Shown piece after piece: positions 46,241 through 57,932 of a DNA stretch of 64,000 nt. The notes under the pieces were generated by a model, which saw only the letters and a program-made list of their open reading frames with translations, was not told where the DNA came from and made no database searches. The stretch comes from an uncultured Bacilli bacterium. GTDB taxonomy: Bacteria; Bacillota_I; Bacilli_A; RF39; UBA660. The stretch is taken from contig CAKONK010000004.1 of NCBI GenBank assembly GCA_934097085.1, positions 1,907-65,906 on the forward strand, read 5' to 3'. The translations under genes were made by a program, and so were the position numbers. Numbering within the stretch: position 1 is the stretch's first letter; each line of letters begins with the position of its first letter.

Positions 46241-49042
46241 ATGGATAAAATTATAGTAAAGGGAGCAAGAGAAAATAATTTAAAAAATGTAAATATTGAA
46301 CTTCCTAAAAATAAATTAATTGTAATGACTGGTGTATCAGGAAGTGGTAAAAGTAGTTTAGCATTCGATACTATTTTTGCTGAAGGACAAAGAAGATATG
46401 TTGAAAGCTTATCTGCTTATGCAAGACAGTTTATTGGTGGTACAGAAAAACCTGATGTTGATTCAATTGAAGGTTTATCTCCATCAATTAGTATTGATCA
46501 AAAATCCACGAATAAAAATCCTCGTTCAACAGTGGGAACTATTACAGAGATATATGATTATTTAAGACTTTTATTTGCTAGAATAGGTGTACCTTATTGT
46601 CCAACTCATAAAATTCCTATTAAGAGTCAATCTATTGAAGAAATGACTAATAAAATTATGGAATATGATGGCAAAAAAATAAGTATTTTATCTCCAATAA
46701 TTCATGGCGAAAAAGGATTGCACGAAGAAGAAATTGAAGATGCAAAAAAAAGTGGCTACACAAAACTTAGAGTGAATGGAAGTTTTGTTAATGTTGATGA
46801 TGATTTTACTTTAGAAAAAAATAAAAAAGATAATATTGATATAGTAATTGATAAGTTAACTGTTGCTAGTGATGAAAGAAGTAGAATTTTCGAAGATATC
46901 GAAGCATCTTGTAAAATGGCTAATGGTAAAGTAGTATTCTTAATTGATGATGAAGAAATAATAATGAGTGAAAAATATGCTTGTAATAAATGTAATTATT
47001 CAATTCCTGAACTTGAACCAAGACTTTTTTCATTTAATTCACCTTATGGTGCTTGTGAAGAATGTAAAGGCATAGGTACTAAACTTAAAATAAGTGAAGA
47101 TCTTATTATGCCTGATAAAGATAAAACTTTAAATCATGGAGCACTTCTTCCTATAAATAATGATAATAACTTATATTTTAGTGCTTTAAAACAAGTATGT
47201 AAAAAATATGATATAGATATGGACACTCCAGTTAAAAATATTTCAAGAAAAAAACTTGATATTATATTTTATGGCACAAAAGAAAAAATGGATTTTAAGT
47301 ATGAATCAAAAACAGGAAATGTAAGGTATGTAACTGACTATTATGAAGGTGTAGTTAATTTACTTCAGCGAAGGTATATTGAAACATCTGCATCTTGGGT
47401 AAGGGATTGGCTTTCAAATTATATGGTTGAAAGTACTTGTGAAAAATGTAAGGGTACAAGACTAAAAAAAGAAGTTTTAAATGTATTTATAAATAAAAAG
47501 AATATTTATGATTTAACTGATATGAATTTAACAAAGTTAAAGAATTTTTTAGAGAGTTTAAAACTTAATGAAGAAGAAAAAAATATTAGTTTACTTGTTT
47601 TAAAGGAAATTATTAATAGACTTACATTTTTAGAAAATGTTGGGCTTAATTATTTAACATTAAATCGTAGTGCAGAAACATTATCAGGTGGTGAAGCCCA
47701 AAGAATTAGGTTGGCTACTCAAATAGGAAGTAAACTTTCAGGAGTCCTTTATGTTCTTGATGAACCTTCAATTGGTCTTCATCAAAGAGATAATCAAAGA
47801 CTTATAGATAGTCTTAAAGAAATGCGTGATTTAGGAAATACTTTGATTGTTGTTGAACATGATGAAGATACAATGCGACAATGCGACTTTTTAGTGGATA
47901 TTGGTCCCGGTGCTGGCGAAAATGGCGGTAATGTTGTTGCTTTTGGTACACCAGAGGAAGTCATGCAAAATAAAAATAGTTTAACTGGTAAATATTTAAG
48001 TGGAGAACTTAAAATTGAAGTACCTAAAACTCGTAGAAAAGGTAATGGTAAATTCTTGACTATTAAGGGAGCTAAAGAAAATAACTTAAGAGATATTGAT
48101 GTAGATTTTCCTTTAGGTAAATTTGTTTGTGTAACTGGTGTTTCTGGAAGTGGTAAAAGTACTTTAGTAAATGAAATACTTTATAAGACACTTCAAAATT
48201 ATGTATATAAATCAAAAGTTATTCCGGGTAAATGTGATAAAGTCGAGGGCCTTTCTAATATTGATAAGGTTGTAATGATTACACAAGATGCTATTGGTAG
48301 AACACCACGAAGTAATCCCGCAACTTATGTAGGTGTTTTCGATGATATTAGAGATTTATTTACAAATACTAAAGAGGCTAAAATTAAGGGCTATGATAAA
48401 GGTAAATTTTCTTTCAATGTAAAAGGTGGAAGATGTGAGGCTTGTCAAGGTGATGGTGTTAAGAAAATTGAAATGCATTTTTTACCTGATGTTTATGTAA
48501 CTTGTGATGTATGTCATGGTAAAAGATATAACAAAGAAACTTTAAGTGTTACATATAAAGGGAAAAATATTGCTGATGTACTTGATATGCGAGTAAGCGA
48601 GGCTCTAGAGTTTTTTGAAAATGTTCCTAAAATATATAATAAATTAAAAGTTTTAAATGATGTAGGCCTTTCATATATTAAACTTGGGCAAAGTGCTGTA
48701 GAACTTTCTGGAGGTGAAGCTGGTAGAGTTAAACTATCTAAAGAACTACAAAAGAAAGCAACAAGTAAAAGTGTATTTATCTTAGATGAACCAACTACTG
48801 GTCTACATAGTGATGATATTAAAAAATTACTCGAAATTTTAAATAGTATTGTTGATAATGGTGATACTGTTATTGTGATTGAACATAATTTGGATGTAAT
48901 TAAAGTTGCTGACTATATTATTGATCTAGGACCTGAAGGAGGAGATGGAGGCGGTAAAATTGTTTGTACTGGTACTCCTGAAGAAATAATAAAAAATAAG
49001 AACTCTTATACAGGTTTATATCTAAAAAAATATTTAAAATAG
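46241..49042 (+). CDS. uvrA: excinuclease ABC subunit A
   Basis: 933 aa; two ABC modules (GVSGSGKSSLA twice), zinc-finger CxxC pairs. Confidence 0.9.
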   Translation: MDKIIVKGARENNLKNVNIELPKNKLIVMTGVSGSGKSSLAFDTIFAEGQRRYVESLSAYARQFIGGTEKPDVDSIEGLSPSISIDQKSTNKNPRSTVGTITEIYDYLRLLFARIGVPYCPTHKIPIKSQSIEEMTNKIMEYDGKKISILSPIIHGEKGLHEEEIEDAKKSGYTKLRVNGSFVNVDDDFTLEKNKKDNIDIVIDKLTVASDERSRIFEDIEASCKMANGKVVFLIDDEEIIMSEKYACNKCNYSIPELEPRLFSFNSPYGACEECKGIGTKLKISEDLIMPDKDKTLNHGALLPINNDNNLYFSALKQVCKKYDIDMDTPVKNISRKKLDIIFYGTKEKMDFKYESKTGNVRYVTDYYEGVVNLLQRRYIETSASWVRDWLSNYMVESTCEKCKGTRLKKEVLNVFINKKNIYDLTDMNLTKLKNFLESLKLNEEEKNISLLVLKEIINRLTFLENVGLNYLTLNRSAETLSGGEAQRIRLATQIGSKLSGVLYVLDEPSIGLHQRDNQRLIDSLKEMRDLGNTLIVVEHDEDTMRQCDFLVDIGPGAGENGGNVVAFGTPEEVMQNKNSLTGKYLSGELKIEVPKTRRKGNGKFLTIKGAKENNLRDIDVDFPLGKFVCVTGVSGSGKSTLVNEILYKTLQNYVYKSKVIPGKCDKVEGLSNIDKVVMITQDAIGRTPRSNPATYVGVFDDIRDLFTNTKEAKIKGYDKGKFSFNVKGGRCEACQGDGVKKIEMHFLPDVYVTCDVCHGKRYNKETLSVTYKGKNIADVLDMRVSEALEFFENVPKIYNKLKVLNDVGLSYIKLGQSAVELSGGEAGRVKLSKELQKKATSKSVFILDEPTTGLHSDDIKKLLEILNSIVDNGDTVIVIEHNLDVIKVADYIIDLGPEGGDGGGKIVCTGTPEEIIKNKNSYTGLYLKKYLK

Positions 49043-49285
49043 TTATGGATATAGAAAAAATATATAATGAGGAACTAATAAAAAAAAGATTTTTGGTACA
49101 AGTATGCGATTCACTTGCACATAATCCAAATAAACTTGCCAAAGAATAACATATTTACAAACAACTTTGAATAAATTTAAAAACAAGACAATGAAATATT
49201 AGAACTAATTACAAGAGTCTAATATTTTTTTATTTAAAATTGCCTTTTTATATAATTTATTTTATAATTTAATTGGTGATGAAAA

Positions 49286-50134
49286 ATGCTTATATCTAAT
49301 TGGAAAGATTATAAAATTATAAAAGCTAGTAATGGAGAAAAATTAGAAAAATGGAATAATATAAAATTATTAAGACCAGATCCTATTGTTATGTGGAATT
49401 TAGGAAAAATTAGTGAAAATGAGTGTGATGCTGTATATTATAGGTCTAACACTGGTGGTGGTTACTGGAAAAATATTAATAATATTCCTTCATATTGGCA
49501 AATTAAATATAAAGATTTAATTTTTAATATTAAACAAATGGGATTTAAACATACTGGACTTTTTCCAGAACAAGCTGTTAACTGGGAAAGAATGATTAAA
49601 AAAATTAAAGAAAGTAATCGCGATGATATCAAAGTTTTAAATTTATTTGCTTATACTGGTGGAGCTACTGTAGCTTGTTTATCTGCTGGCGCAAGTGTTG
49701 TACATGTTGATTCATCAAAGGGAATTAATGATTGGGCAAAAGAAAATGTAAAATCATCTGGATTTGAAAATAGATCAGTTCGCTTTTTAGTTGATGATGT
49801 TAAGAAATTTGTACAAAGGGAAATTCGAAGGGGCAATAAATATGATGCGATTATTATGGATCCACCAAGTTACGGAAGAGGTAGTAATAATGAGGTGTGG
49901 TCTATAGAAAAAGACTTGGACGGTCTATTGACGGATTGTAAAAAAATTCTTGCTCATGATTTTTTATTTGTTTGTGTCAATACTTATACAGCAAATTTAT
50001 CTCTTTTAACACTAGAAAATATTTTAAAAGTTCATTTTAATAACAAAATAAATGTCGATGAAATAGCTTTGCCCATAGAAAATACTAATTTATATTTACC
50101 TTGTGGAATAACAGGTTGGATAGATAATGACTAA
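49286..50134 (+). CDS. class I SAM-dependent methyltransferase (RlmI/YccW-like catalytic domain)
   Basis: 282 aa; SAM-binding LNLFAYTGGATVA, DPPSYG motif. Confidence 0.6.
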   Translation: MLISNWKDYKIIKASNGEKLEKWNNIKLLRPDPIVMWNLGKISENECDAVYYRSNTGGGYWKNINNIPSYWQIKYKDLIFNIKQMGFKHTGLFPEQAVNWERMIKKIKESNRDDIKVLNLFAYTGGATVACLSAGASVVHVDSSKGINDWAKENVKSSGFENRSVRFLVDDVKKFVQREIRRGNKYDAIIMDPPSYGRGSNNEVWSIEKDLDGLLTDCKKILAHDFLFVCVNTYTANLSLLTLENILKVHFNNKINVDEIALPIENTNLYLPCGITGWIDND

Positions 50135-50771
50135 ATTAAGTGTATTATATGAAGATAATCATATTATTGTAGTTTTTAAGCCTGCAGGTTTTTTATCTCA
50201 AGGAGATAAAACTGGTGATGAGGACATGCTAACAATAATAAAAAAATATTTAAAAGAAAAGTATAATAAACCAGGTAATGTTTATTTAGGACTTGTTCAT
50301 AGACTTGATAGACCAGTAAGTGGTATAATGGTTTTTGCCAAAACATCGAAAGCAGCCTCAAGATTATCCGATGAAATAAGAAATAACAAAATGCACAAGA
50401 AATACATGGCAATTGTACATGGGTATTTAGATGAAAAAGAGGGAACATTAAGAAATAAAATAGAAAAAATTGATAATAAAAAAGTTGTAGTTGATTCACC
50501 AAATGGCAAAGAGGCAATTTTAAATTATAAAGTAATCAAAGAAAAAAATAATCTTTCTTTAGTAGACATTGATTTAGTTACAGGAAGATATCATCAAATT
50601 AGAATACAGTTTGCTAATATTAAACACCCTTTATATGGTGACTTTCTTTATAACAAAAAAGATAGCAATCCACTTGCATTAGTATCATACAGTTTATCAT
50701 TTATTCATCCTGTAACTAAAGAAAATATGACTTTTACATTAGATTCGATAGAAAAATACATAAATTTATAG
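50127..50771 (+). CDS. RluA-family pseudouridine synthase
   Basis: 214 aa; catalytic HRLDRPVSGIMVFAKT. Confidence 0.8.
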   Translation: MTKLSVLYEDNHIIVVFKPAGFLSQGDKTGDEDMLTIIKKYLKEKYNKPGNVYLGLVHRLDRPVSGIMVFAKTSKAASRLSDEIRNNKMHKKYMAIVHGYLDEKEGTLRNKIEKIDNKKVVVDSPNGKEAILNYKVIKEKNNLSLVDIDLVTGRYHQIRIQFANIKHPLYGDFLYNKKDSNPLALVSYSLSFIHPVTKENMTFTLDSIEKYINL

Positions 50772-50837
50772 TTTTTTTGTAGACTTGTGGTTTCTTTTGA
50801 GACATAAGTCTTTTTTTGCGGTATAATTATATTTGGT

Positions 50838-51920
50838 ATGAAAGAAATTGATAATGAATTAGTTGGAAAGTTTATTGAGACTTTAAGAAAAGAAAAGGGA
50901 TTGACTCAGCAGGATTTAGCCGACAAACTATCAGTTACAAGCCAAGCAGTATCAAAGTGGGAGATGGGAAAAAATTTACCTGATATTGCGACTCAAAGAA
51001 TGATATGTAATGCGTTTAAAATAACACTCGAAGAACTTCATGCTGGTGAAAGAGATTTAAAAAAGAGAAATAAATCCAAACAAATGAAAAAAGAAAATAA
51101 AATTTTTTCTATTATTTTAATTTGTATAATTCCAGTAATGGTTTTCTTTGTGGTATATTTTATAATAAATTTTAGAGCCTTAAAAATTTATTATTCCAAT
51201 AGTAAAATAACTAACGAAGAAAATAGTGTTAGAGCTAATCTTTTAATATTAAAGCTTCCTAGAAAATTAATAATTTTTATAAATAATATTGAGCCATCAA
51301 ATTATGAAGTTAAGGATTCTGACTTGTTAGAATTAAATCTATATTCTGGTAAGAAAAAGCTTTTAACGACTAGCATGGTTAAAAATGACATTTTTGAAGT
51401 TAACACATTAACTTTTGAACCAGATAAAGTAAAATTAGTTTTGACGGTTGATAGTGCAGATGGTACTGCTAAAAATTTTGAAAGAAAATTCAAATTAGTT
51501 AAATATACTAATAAAAATAGAAATGATGACGATTATACGGATAAAGCATTAAACTATTTGTCTAGTGACGTTATTGCTAAAAAGCTTGAAAAAGATGGCT
51601 ATACATTAACAGATACAAAAGTTTATGAAAAAACTGAGGAAGATAATGGAGTAACAATAAGAGTTAAATATGATTTGGCACATGAAAAAATTGAAATATT
51701 ACATGTTCATAACAGTTTTACGGAAAAAGTATCGGTTGATTATCAACTAAAAATGTTTCAAACAGTAGTTTTTAATAATAATGACATTGATAATATATCC
51801 GAAAAATATGTTTATGATTTAAAAACTAAAAAAAATACTTGTGAAATTGGACAGTGTACAACACTTAAAAATACCCGTAAACTTGTAGAAAAATACCTAA
51901 TACAACTTCAGGTTGAATAG
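50838..51920 (+). CDS. XRE-family HTH regulator with TM segment and extracytoplasmic domain
   Basis: LTQQDLADKLSVTSQAVSKWEMGKNLPD; TM at about aa 90-110. Confidence 0.6.
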   Translation: MKEIDNELVGKFIETLRKEKGLTQQDLADKLSVTSQAVSKWEMGKNLPDIATQRMICNAFKITLEELHAGERDLKKRNKSKQMKKENKIFSIILICIIPVMVFFVVYFIINFRALKIYYSNSKITNEENSVRANLLILKLPRKLIIFINNIEPSNYEVKDSDLLELNLYSGKKKLLTTSMVKNDIFEVNTLTFEPDKVKLVLTVDSADGTAKNFERKFKLVKYTNKNRNDDDYTDKALNYLSSDVIAKKLEKDGYTLTDTKVYEKTEEDNGVTIRVKYDLAHEKIEILHVHNSFTEKVSVDYQLKMFQTVVFNNNDIDNISEKYVYDLKTKKNTCEIGQCTTLKNTRKLVEKYLIQLQVE

Positions 51921-51988
51921 AACTCAACTTACAATATCTTGCATTTTTCGACCTTTTGGGTTTATGATAATCTCGAAAGGAGGTAAAG

Positions 51989-52858
51989 TTGAAGATAAGA
52001 TTTGTAATTGCTGCATTTCTTGTAATCTTATTTGTTCCATTTAGTGTTGTCAAAGCACAAAACATGAGCGAAGACATTAATTATATTACAACTCAAAGTG
52101 GTGTAAGAATAACTACCGAAGACTATAATAAATTAATTGTTATTTATAGCGATGCTTATATTCAAACAATGACAAATGAAGATTATGAAAACTTCAAAGC
52201 AAAAAATATTAATATTAACAACTTAGTAAAAACTGAAAAATATTACAAAACAACTTATAATAATTTAACTCACGAAGTTACAAATACTGAAGTATCTGAA
52301 AATGAATTTAATAATTATAATCCAGATGTTGAAACATTAGGATCCAGTCATTTTGTTGAAACTCAGTATAAAAGACTTAATGTATCTTTATCAGCTAATG
52401 GTAATGGATATGGCGATATATTTGTTGGATTATTATGGAAGATGATACCAAGTACTAGATCATTTGATGTTATTGCTGCAAGATATGTTGGTATGAGCGA
52501 TGTTGATGGTACTCAATCTGGAAAACAAATCTGGGGAACTAATGGAAACTATACATATGTATTATATGGATGGAATGGGACAAATATTAATAGACAAGAT
52601 AATGGTTTTGGAATATCAATGAATATAACTAATGATAGTACAATTAATTATCTTGAAAATTATATTGAATCCGCTGTTAAGTTTAGTGGAAGTTTCCAAT
52701 GGATTGGCGCTAGTTATCAACATGCTACAAGAACAACAACACTTGCTCAATCAAAGAGTTATACTTTAGCAGAGAATGGTAAAAATGGTGTAATATTATT
52801 TACAGGTAACATTGGTGAAAGATATGATAATATGCCTGGAGTTTATGCAGAATTATAG
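51989..52858 (+). CDS. secreted hypothetical protein
   Basis: 289 aa; signal peptide; TTG start after aggaggt SD. Confidence 0.4.
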   Translation: MKIRFVIAAFLVILFVPFSVVKAQNMSEDINYITTQSGVRITTEDYNKLIVIYSDAYIQTMTNEDYENFKAKNININNLVKTEKYYKTTYNNLTHEVTNTEVSENEFNNYNPDVETLGSSHFVETQYKRLNVSLSANGNGYGDIFVGLLWKMIPSTRSFDVIAARYVGMSDVDGTQSGKQIWGTNGNYTYVLYGWNGTNINRQDNGFGISMNITNDSTINYLENYIESAVKFSGSFQWIGASYQHATRTTTLAQSKSYTLAENGKNGVILFTGNIGERYDNMPGVYAEL

Positions 52859-53378
52859 TCTAGTGGCTTCAATAAAAGTAATGTTGTGGGTATGCCCTTA
52901 AATATATATTATTTACTTAGTAATTCATTAATTACAGTTAGAGAAAAAAATTATTTAGATAATTAATCAATAAAATATCATTTTATAAAAAACAATTAAC
53001 AATTATATAAATAATAATGATATTATGTGTAAATAAATCCCAATTGAACACGAATGTTGATTATAAAAATTATTATTACGAAGATGTTAAAAGTAAAAAA
53101 ATATATTTAATTAAGTTCCCAAAGACACTAATTAACTATTTTATATAATTTTGAATTATTTAAAATAGTACTCTTAAGCAATGTAAATTGCTATATACTA
53201 CTTAATAACTTGAAAAAAACATGTTATTGATAATGGATAGAAAATATTTTTAATAAGTTTCTCACACAACCATTATTATAATGTGTTTTTTTTTTAATGC
53301 TATTAGCATCAATTTTTTCTATTATTTAGTTAAAAAAATATAAAATTATCAATAATTATAAAAAAATGTAAAAATTAA

Positions 53379-53407
53379 TTGACATATTAAAAAATATTTA
53401 CTATAAT
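53379..53407 (+). promoter_or_regulatory. consensus sigma-A promoter (TTGACA-17-TATAAT) for tRNA-Asn
   Basis: ttgaca 53379-53384, tataat 53402-53407, tRNA begins at 53425. Confidence 0.6.
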
Positions 53408-53424
53408 TAAAAATGTATTGAGAA

Positions 53425-53500
53425 GCCCAATTAGCTCAGTCGGTAGAGCGCATGGCTGTTAACCATTAGGTCGTAGGTTCGAGTCCTACATTGGGCGCCA
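53425..53500 (+). tRNA. tRNA-Asn (anticodon GTT) with encoded CCA
   Basis: Acceptor gcccaat/attgggc, anticodon loop ctGTTaa, T-arm gtagg-ttcgagt-cctac. Confidence 0.8.
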
Positions 53501-53579
53501 TTTAAAAAATTAAGTCGCTAATTGTGGCTTTTTTTTATGTCTGAATAATGATATAATCTTTAATGAAGGGTGATAAACT

Positions 53580-54497
53580 ATGAATGAAAAAATTAGTATG
53601 CTTGAACGATATGGAGAAAACTTAACAGCAAAAACATATATAACAGATCCTGCGATAGCAAGAGAAAACGAAATAAAAGATTGTATGCTTATTCTTATGA
53701 CACCAGAAAAAAGTGCTCTTTTAGTTGGTAAAGCTGGTATAGGTAAAACTGCTATAGTTGAGGGTATTGCTTATAGAATTCAAAAAGGGATGGTTCCAAA
53801 TGCCTTAATGGGATGGACAATCATTAAAATTAATATTACAAGCTTAATTGGTGAAACTCAAAGTGAAGGACAAACAGAAAATAGAATTGATTTACTTGTA
53901 CAGGAACTTGCAAGAAGTCCAAAAACAATTCTTTTTATTGATGAAACTCACTTACTTGTAAATAGACAAGGCGGATTAGACTTTGCTAATATGCTTAAAT
54001 CTGGCCTTGATAGAGGAACAATTAAAATGATTGGTGCCACCACAACTGAAGAATATGAAACATATATCTTAAGAGATAGAGCATTTTTAAGAAGGTTCCA
54101 AAAAGTTGATGTCCTTGAGGCATCACAAGATGATTGTGTTAAGATTTTAATGGGAACATATCCTAAACTTGAAAAACAAATAGGGGTAAAACTTACTTAT
54201 ACTCCATTTATAATTGAAAAAATAATGCGTTTTATTGTAGAAATGACAGATGAATACAAAAGAATTTATGAAATAAGTAATAGATATCCTGATATTTGTT
54301 TAACAATAATTGCTAATGCTTTTACTTATGCTCTTTTTGATAATAGTCCAGTTGTAACTATTAAACATTTTTATAAAGCAATATGTAATGCAAAAAGTAT
54401 TTATCCTGATGCACTTGCAAAAGAAAAACAAAGATTTATTACAGTTTTTGCTGATATGATTAGAAATGAAAATGTTGATATCAATGATACAAAGTAG
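53580..54497 (+). CDS. AAA+ ATPase resembling the D1 domain of ClpA/ClpB (standalone, 305 aa)
   Basis: [21 protein letters not shown] Clp D1-type Walker A region, LFIDETH Walker B. Confidence 0.5.
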   Translation: MNEKISMLERYGENLTAKTYITDPAIARENEIKDCMLILMTPEKSALLVGKAGIGKTAIVEGIAYRIQKGMVPNALMGWTIIKINITSLIGETQSEGQTENRIDLLVQELARSPKTILFIDETHLLVNRQGGLDFANMLKSGLDRGTIKMIGATTTEEYETYILRDRAFLRRFQKVDVLEASQDDCVKILMGTYPKLEKQIGVKLTYTPFIIEKIMRFIVEMTDEYKRIYEISNRYPDICLTIIANAFTYALFDNSPVVTIKHFYKAICNAKSIYPDALAKEKQRFITVFADMIRNENVDINDTK

Positions 54498-55565
54498 GTG
54501 CTTATGAATATTGTGGTTAATAATTTTAATATAATAGAAATACTTTTAGTTACATATTTAATAAGTTTTATACTTGTATTTTTAACTAAAAAAATTGCAG
54601 TTCATGTGGGGGCACTTGATATGCCAAACGAAAGAAAGGTTCATAAAAAACCAATGCCAAGACTTGGTGGTCTTGCTATTTATGCATCTTTTCTATTTGG
54701 TTATATGGTTTATGGTACTGTAACTACTCAAATGTTATCAATTCTTATTGGTTCATTTATACTTGTAATGCTTGGAGTATTTGATGATATAAAACCAATT
54801 AGAGCAAAGGTTAAACTACTTGTACAAATTATAGTCGCGGGAATTGTAGTATTTTATGGTGGCCTTTATTTTAGAGAAATATCATTTTTAGGTTTAAAAC
54901 TCATATTTCCAACTTGGCTTAATGAGTTTATTGCAATATTTTTTATAGTCGGAGCAATTAACGCTATTAATCTTATTGATGGTTTAGATGGTCTTTGTGC
55001 AGGAATTAGTTCAATATATTTTGTTACTATTTCTGTAATAGCTTTAATTTTAAATAAAATGGGTGGTCTTGATATAATATTATGCATTATTATGCTTGGA
55101 GCAACACTAGGATTCTTAACTCATAATTTTCCTCCGGCAAAAACTTTTATGGGAGACTGTGGATCAACATTTTTAGGTTATATGATTGCGGTTATTTCTC
55201 TTTTAGGTTTTAAAGGAGCAACATTTACATCACTTGTTATACCAGTTGTTATTTTAGCAGTTCCAATATTTGATACGTTATTTGCAATACTTCGAAGAGT
55301 TATTCATCATAAAAGTATTGATGAACCAGATATGAATCATTTACATCATCAACTTTTAAAAATGAAGTTTTCTCCAAGAGTAACAATTTTAATTATTTAT
55401 GGTATCGATATTTTGTTTTCAGCAGTATCAGTATTCTATGTTTTAGGAGATAACCAAGTATCAATGATTGTTTACTTAATTATGATGACATTACTTTTAT
55501 ATATTGTTGTTAACACAGACATTCTATATGATAAGAAAGATAAGACTAAGAAATTAAAAAAATAA
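54498..55565 (+). CDS. UDP-HexNAc:undecaprenyl-phosphate HexNAc-1-P transferase (WecA/TagO, GT4 MraY-like)
   Basis: 355 aa polytopic; NAINLIDGLDGL motif. Confidence 0.8.
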   Translation: MLMNIVVNNFNIIEILLVTYLISFILVFLTKKIAVHVGALDMPNERKVHKKPMPRLGGLAIYASFLFGYMVYGTVTTQMLSILIGSFILVMLGVFDDIKPIRAKVKLLVQIIVAGIVVFYGGLYFREISFLGLKLIFPTWLNEFIAIFFIVGAINAINLIDGLDGLCAGISSIYFVTISVIALILNKMGGLDIILCIIMLGATLGFLTHNFPPAKTFMGDCGSTFLGYMIAVISLLGFKGATFTSLVIPVVILAVPIFDTLFAILRRVIHHKSIDEPDMNHLHHQLLKMKFSPRVTILIIYGIDILFSAVSVFYVLGDNQVSMIVYLIMMTLLLYIVVNTDILYDKKDKTKKLKK

Positions 55566-55624
55566 TTCTTAGTTTTTTTGTTTTTTTAGTATTTTTGATA
55601 CCATATATTTGAAAGAAGGTTATT

Positions 55625-56278
55625 ATGATTACATATATTTTCAGTGCATTTGATAAAGATATTCATTTTAATGAAGTGGCAAATTATTTTAAAAATGATA
55701 TGGGTGGCTATAAAAATATAGTATTTGTACCCACTAATTTTGAAAACATGGAAAAAGTTAATGGCTATGCAAATATTGATGTATCTTGGTTTAAAGAAAT
55801 TGGGATTAATTTAACTGGAATAACTGTTTTAAATAAAAAAATGTCCAAAGAAGAAATGTTTAGAAGTATAGAAAATACTGATATAATTTTTTTAATGGGT
55901 GGAGATACTTTAAAACAAAATGATTTTTTAATGAAAAATGATTTAAAGCCTATTATTAAAAAGTTTAAAAAATTTGTTATAGGAATAAGTGCTGGAGCAA
56001 TTAATTTATCAAATATTTCATTATGTTCTAAAGATGAAGAAGATGAAGTTGAAAAGACAGTTACTTATGAAGGCATTGGAAGAATAAATTATACAATTGA
56101 ACCTCATTTTGATATAGAAAATAAAATTCTTTTACAAAATGAACTTTATCCTTTATCAAAAGATATTACTATATATGGTCTTCCTAATAATACTGGTGTT
56201 AGAATAATTGATAATAATTTTGAAATACTATATGGTGATTTTTATAAAATATCAAATAATGAAGTAGAGAAAATATAG
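55625..56278 (+). CDS. peptidase S51-like (type 1 glutamine amidotransferase-like) protein
   Basis: FLMGGDTL...GISAGAINL motif. Confidence 0.4.
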   Translation: MITYIFSAFDKDIHFNEVANYFKNDMGGYKNIVFVPTNFENMEKVNGYANIDVSWFKEIGINLTGITVLNKKMSKEEMFRSIENTDIIFLMGGDTLKQNDFLMKNDLKPIIKKFKKFVIGISAGAINLSNISLCSKDEEDEVEKTVTYEGIGRINYTIEPHFDIENKILLQNELYPLSKDITIYGLPNNTGVRIIDNNFEILYGDFYKISNNEVEKI

Positions 56279-56345
56279 GGGATGGTTGTTTTAAGTAAAA
56301 AAATAGTTTATAATATTTATAGAACGGATAAAGGAGATTAAATAA

Positions 56346-57158
56346 ATGAATTTTTTAAAAAATATTTTTGCAAATATAAAAAAGTACAGATTTTTATTAT
56401 CTCAATTAGTTATAAGAGATTTTAAAGTAAAATATAAAAGAAGTGTATTGGGTGTTTTGTGGAGTGTTTTATATCCACTTTTGATGATGATGGTAATGGC
56501 TATTGTCTTTTCAAACATGTTTAAATTTAGTATGGAAGGAGTAAATTACTTAGTATATTTAATGACTGGTTTAGTTGTTTTTAATTACTTTAGTGAAGCA
56601 ACAAATAATGCTATGGGTTCTATTTTTGGAAATTCATCTTTGATAAATAAAGTTTATATTCCAAAATATATTTTTCCAGTAGCAAAATGTTTATTTGTTG
56701 GAATTAATTTCTTGTTTTCTCTTATTCCATTATTGCTAATTATAATTTTTTCTGGAAATCCAGCAGAGGGAACAAAATGCGTAATTAATATTTACTATTT
56801 GTTACTTCCATTTATTTATGGTTGTATGTTTATGTTTACCCTAGGAGTTGGTTATGTTTTAGCAACCGTATCAGTATTTTTAAGAGATATGGTATACATA
56901 TGGGGAATTTTATTAACAATACTAAATTATTTTACACCATTATTTTATCAAATTTCAATTTTACCAGAATCATTACAATCTATATTTAAATTGAATCCAC
57001 TTTATATTTATATTAATGCTTCAAGAGAAATAATTTTAAATGGCACAATGCCAACACCACTTTATTTATTAGCTTGCTTTGGTTCAGCATCAATAATGTT
57101 AATAATAGGCTTATTTGTATTTAGAAAAAAACAAAATAAGTTTGTGTATTATTTGTAG
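56346..57158 (+). CDS. ABC-2 type polysaccharide/teichoic acid export permease (Wzm/TagG-like)
   Basis: 270 aa, 6 TM. Confidence 0.7.
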   Translation: MNFLKNIFANIKKYRFLLSQLVIRDFKVKYKRSVLGVLWSVLYPLLMMMVMAIVFSNMFKFSMEGVNYLVYLMTGLVVFNYFSEATNNAMGSIFGNSSLINKVYIPKYIFPVAKCLFVGINFLFSLIPLLLIIIFSGNPAEGTKCVINIYYLLLPFIYGCMFMFTLGVGYVLATVSVFLRDMVYIWGILLTILNYFTPLFYQISILPESLQSIFKLNPLYIYINASREIILNGTMPTPLYLLACFGSASIMLIIGLFVFRKKQNKFVYYL

Positions 57159-57169
57159 GAGGATTTTAC

Positions 57170-57913
57170 ATGATAGATTTAAAAAATATAGGAATGCGTT
57201 TTAACTTAGGTGTTGAAAAGGACAATTCTCTTAAAATGGTATTTATTAGAATGTTTGATAAAAGTAAAAGAATAAAGAAAAGTGATTTTTGGGCATTAAA
57301 AGATGTAACATTTCATGTAGAAAAAGGTGATGTTGTAGGACTTATAGGTTCAAACGGAGCTGGAAAATCAACACTTTTAAAAGTTGTAAGTGGTGTTATG
57401 AAACCTACGGAAGGAACTGTTACAGTAAACGGTGCAATATCTCCAATGATTGAACTAGGTGCCGGATTTGATGGCGAATTAACAGCAAGAGAAAATATAT
57501 TTTTAAATGGAGCAATTTTAGGTTATAGCAAAGAATTCTTATTAAGTAAATTTGATGAAATAGTTGAATTTTCTGAATTAAGAGAATTTTTAGATGTTCC
57601 TGTTAAAAACTTTTCTTCTGGAATGGTAGCAAAACTTGCATTTTCAATTTCCACTATAGTAGATCCGGAGATATTAATAGTTGATGAAATATTATCTGTT
57701 GGCGATATAAAATTTCAAGAAAAAAGTAAAAATAAAATGATGTCTATGATAAACGGTGGTACAACAGTGTTATATGTTTCTCATTCACTTAGTTCAATTA
57801 GAGAATTATGTAATAAAGTTATATGGCTTGAACATGGTAAAATAGTTATGATGGGAGATACAAAAAAAGTGTGTGATGCTTATTATAAAAAACAATTAAA
57901 AAGTGATAAATAA
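57170..57913 (+). CDS. ABC transporter ATP-binding protein (Wzt/TagH-like)
   Basis: GSNGAGKSTLLK, FSSGMVAKLAF. Confidence 0.8.
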   Translation: MIDLKNIGMRFNLGVEKDNSLKMVFIRMFDKSKRIKKSDFWALKDVTFHVEKGDVVGLIGSNGAGKSTLLKVVSGVMKPTEGTVTVNGAISPMIELGAGFDGELTARENIFLNGAILGYSKEFLLSKFDEIVEFSELREFLDVPVKNFSSGMVAKLAFSISTIVDPEILIVDEILSVGDIKFQEKSKNKMMSMINGGTTVLYVSHSLSSIRELCNKVIWLEHGKIVMMGDTKKVCDAYYKKQLKSDK

Positions 57914-57932
57914 TTATTGGAGGAGGAAAATT

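Noticed and set aside
52859-53378. 520-bp AT-rich non-coding stretch upstream of tRNA-Asn as a possible ncRNA or prophage att site
   Set aside because: No repeats or conserved structure are visible. The only feature is a consensus promoter, so it is probably low-complexity intergenic DNA.
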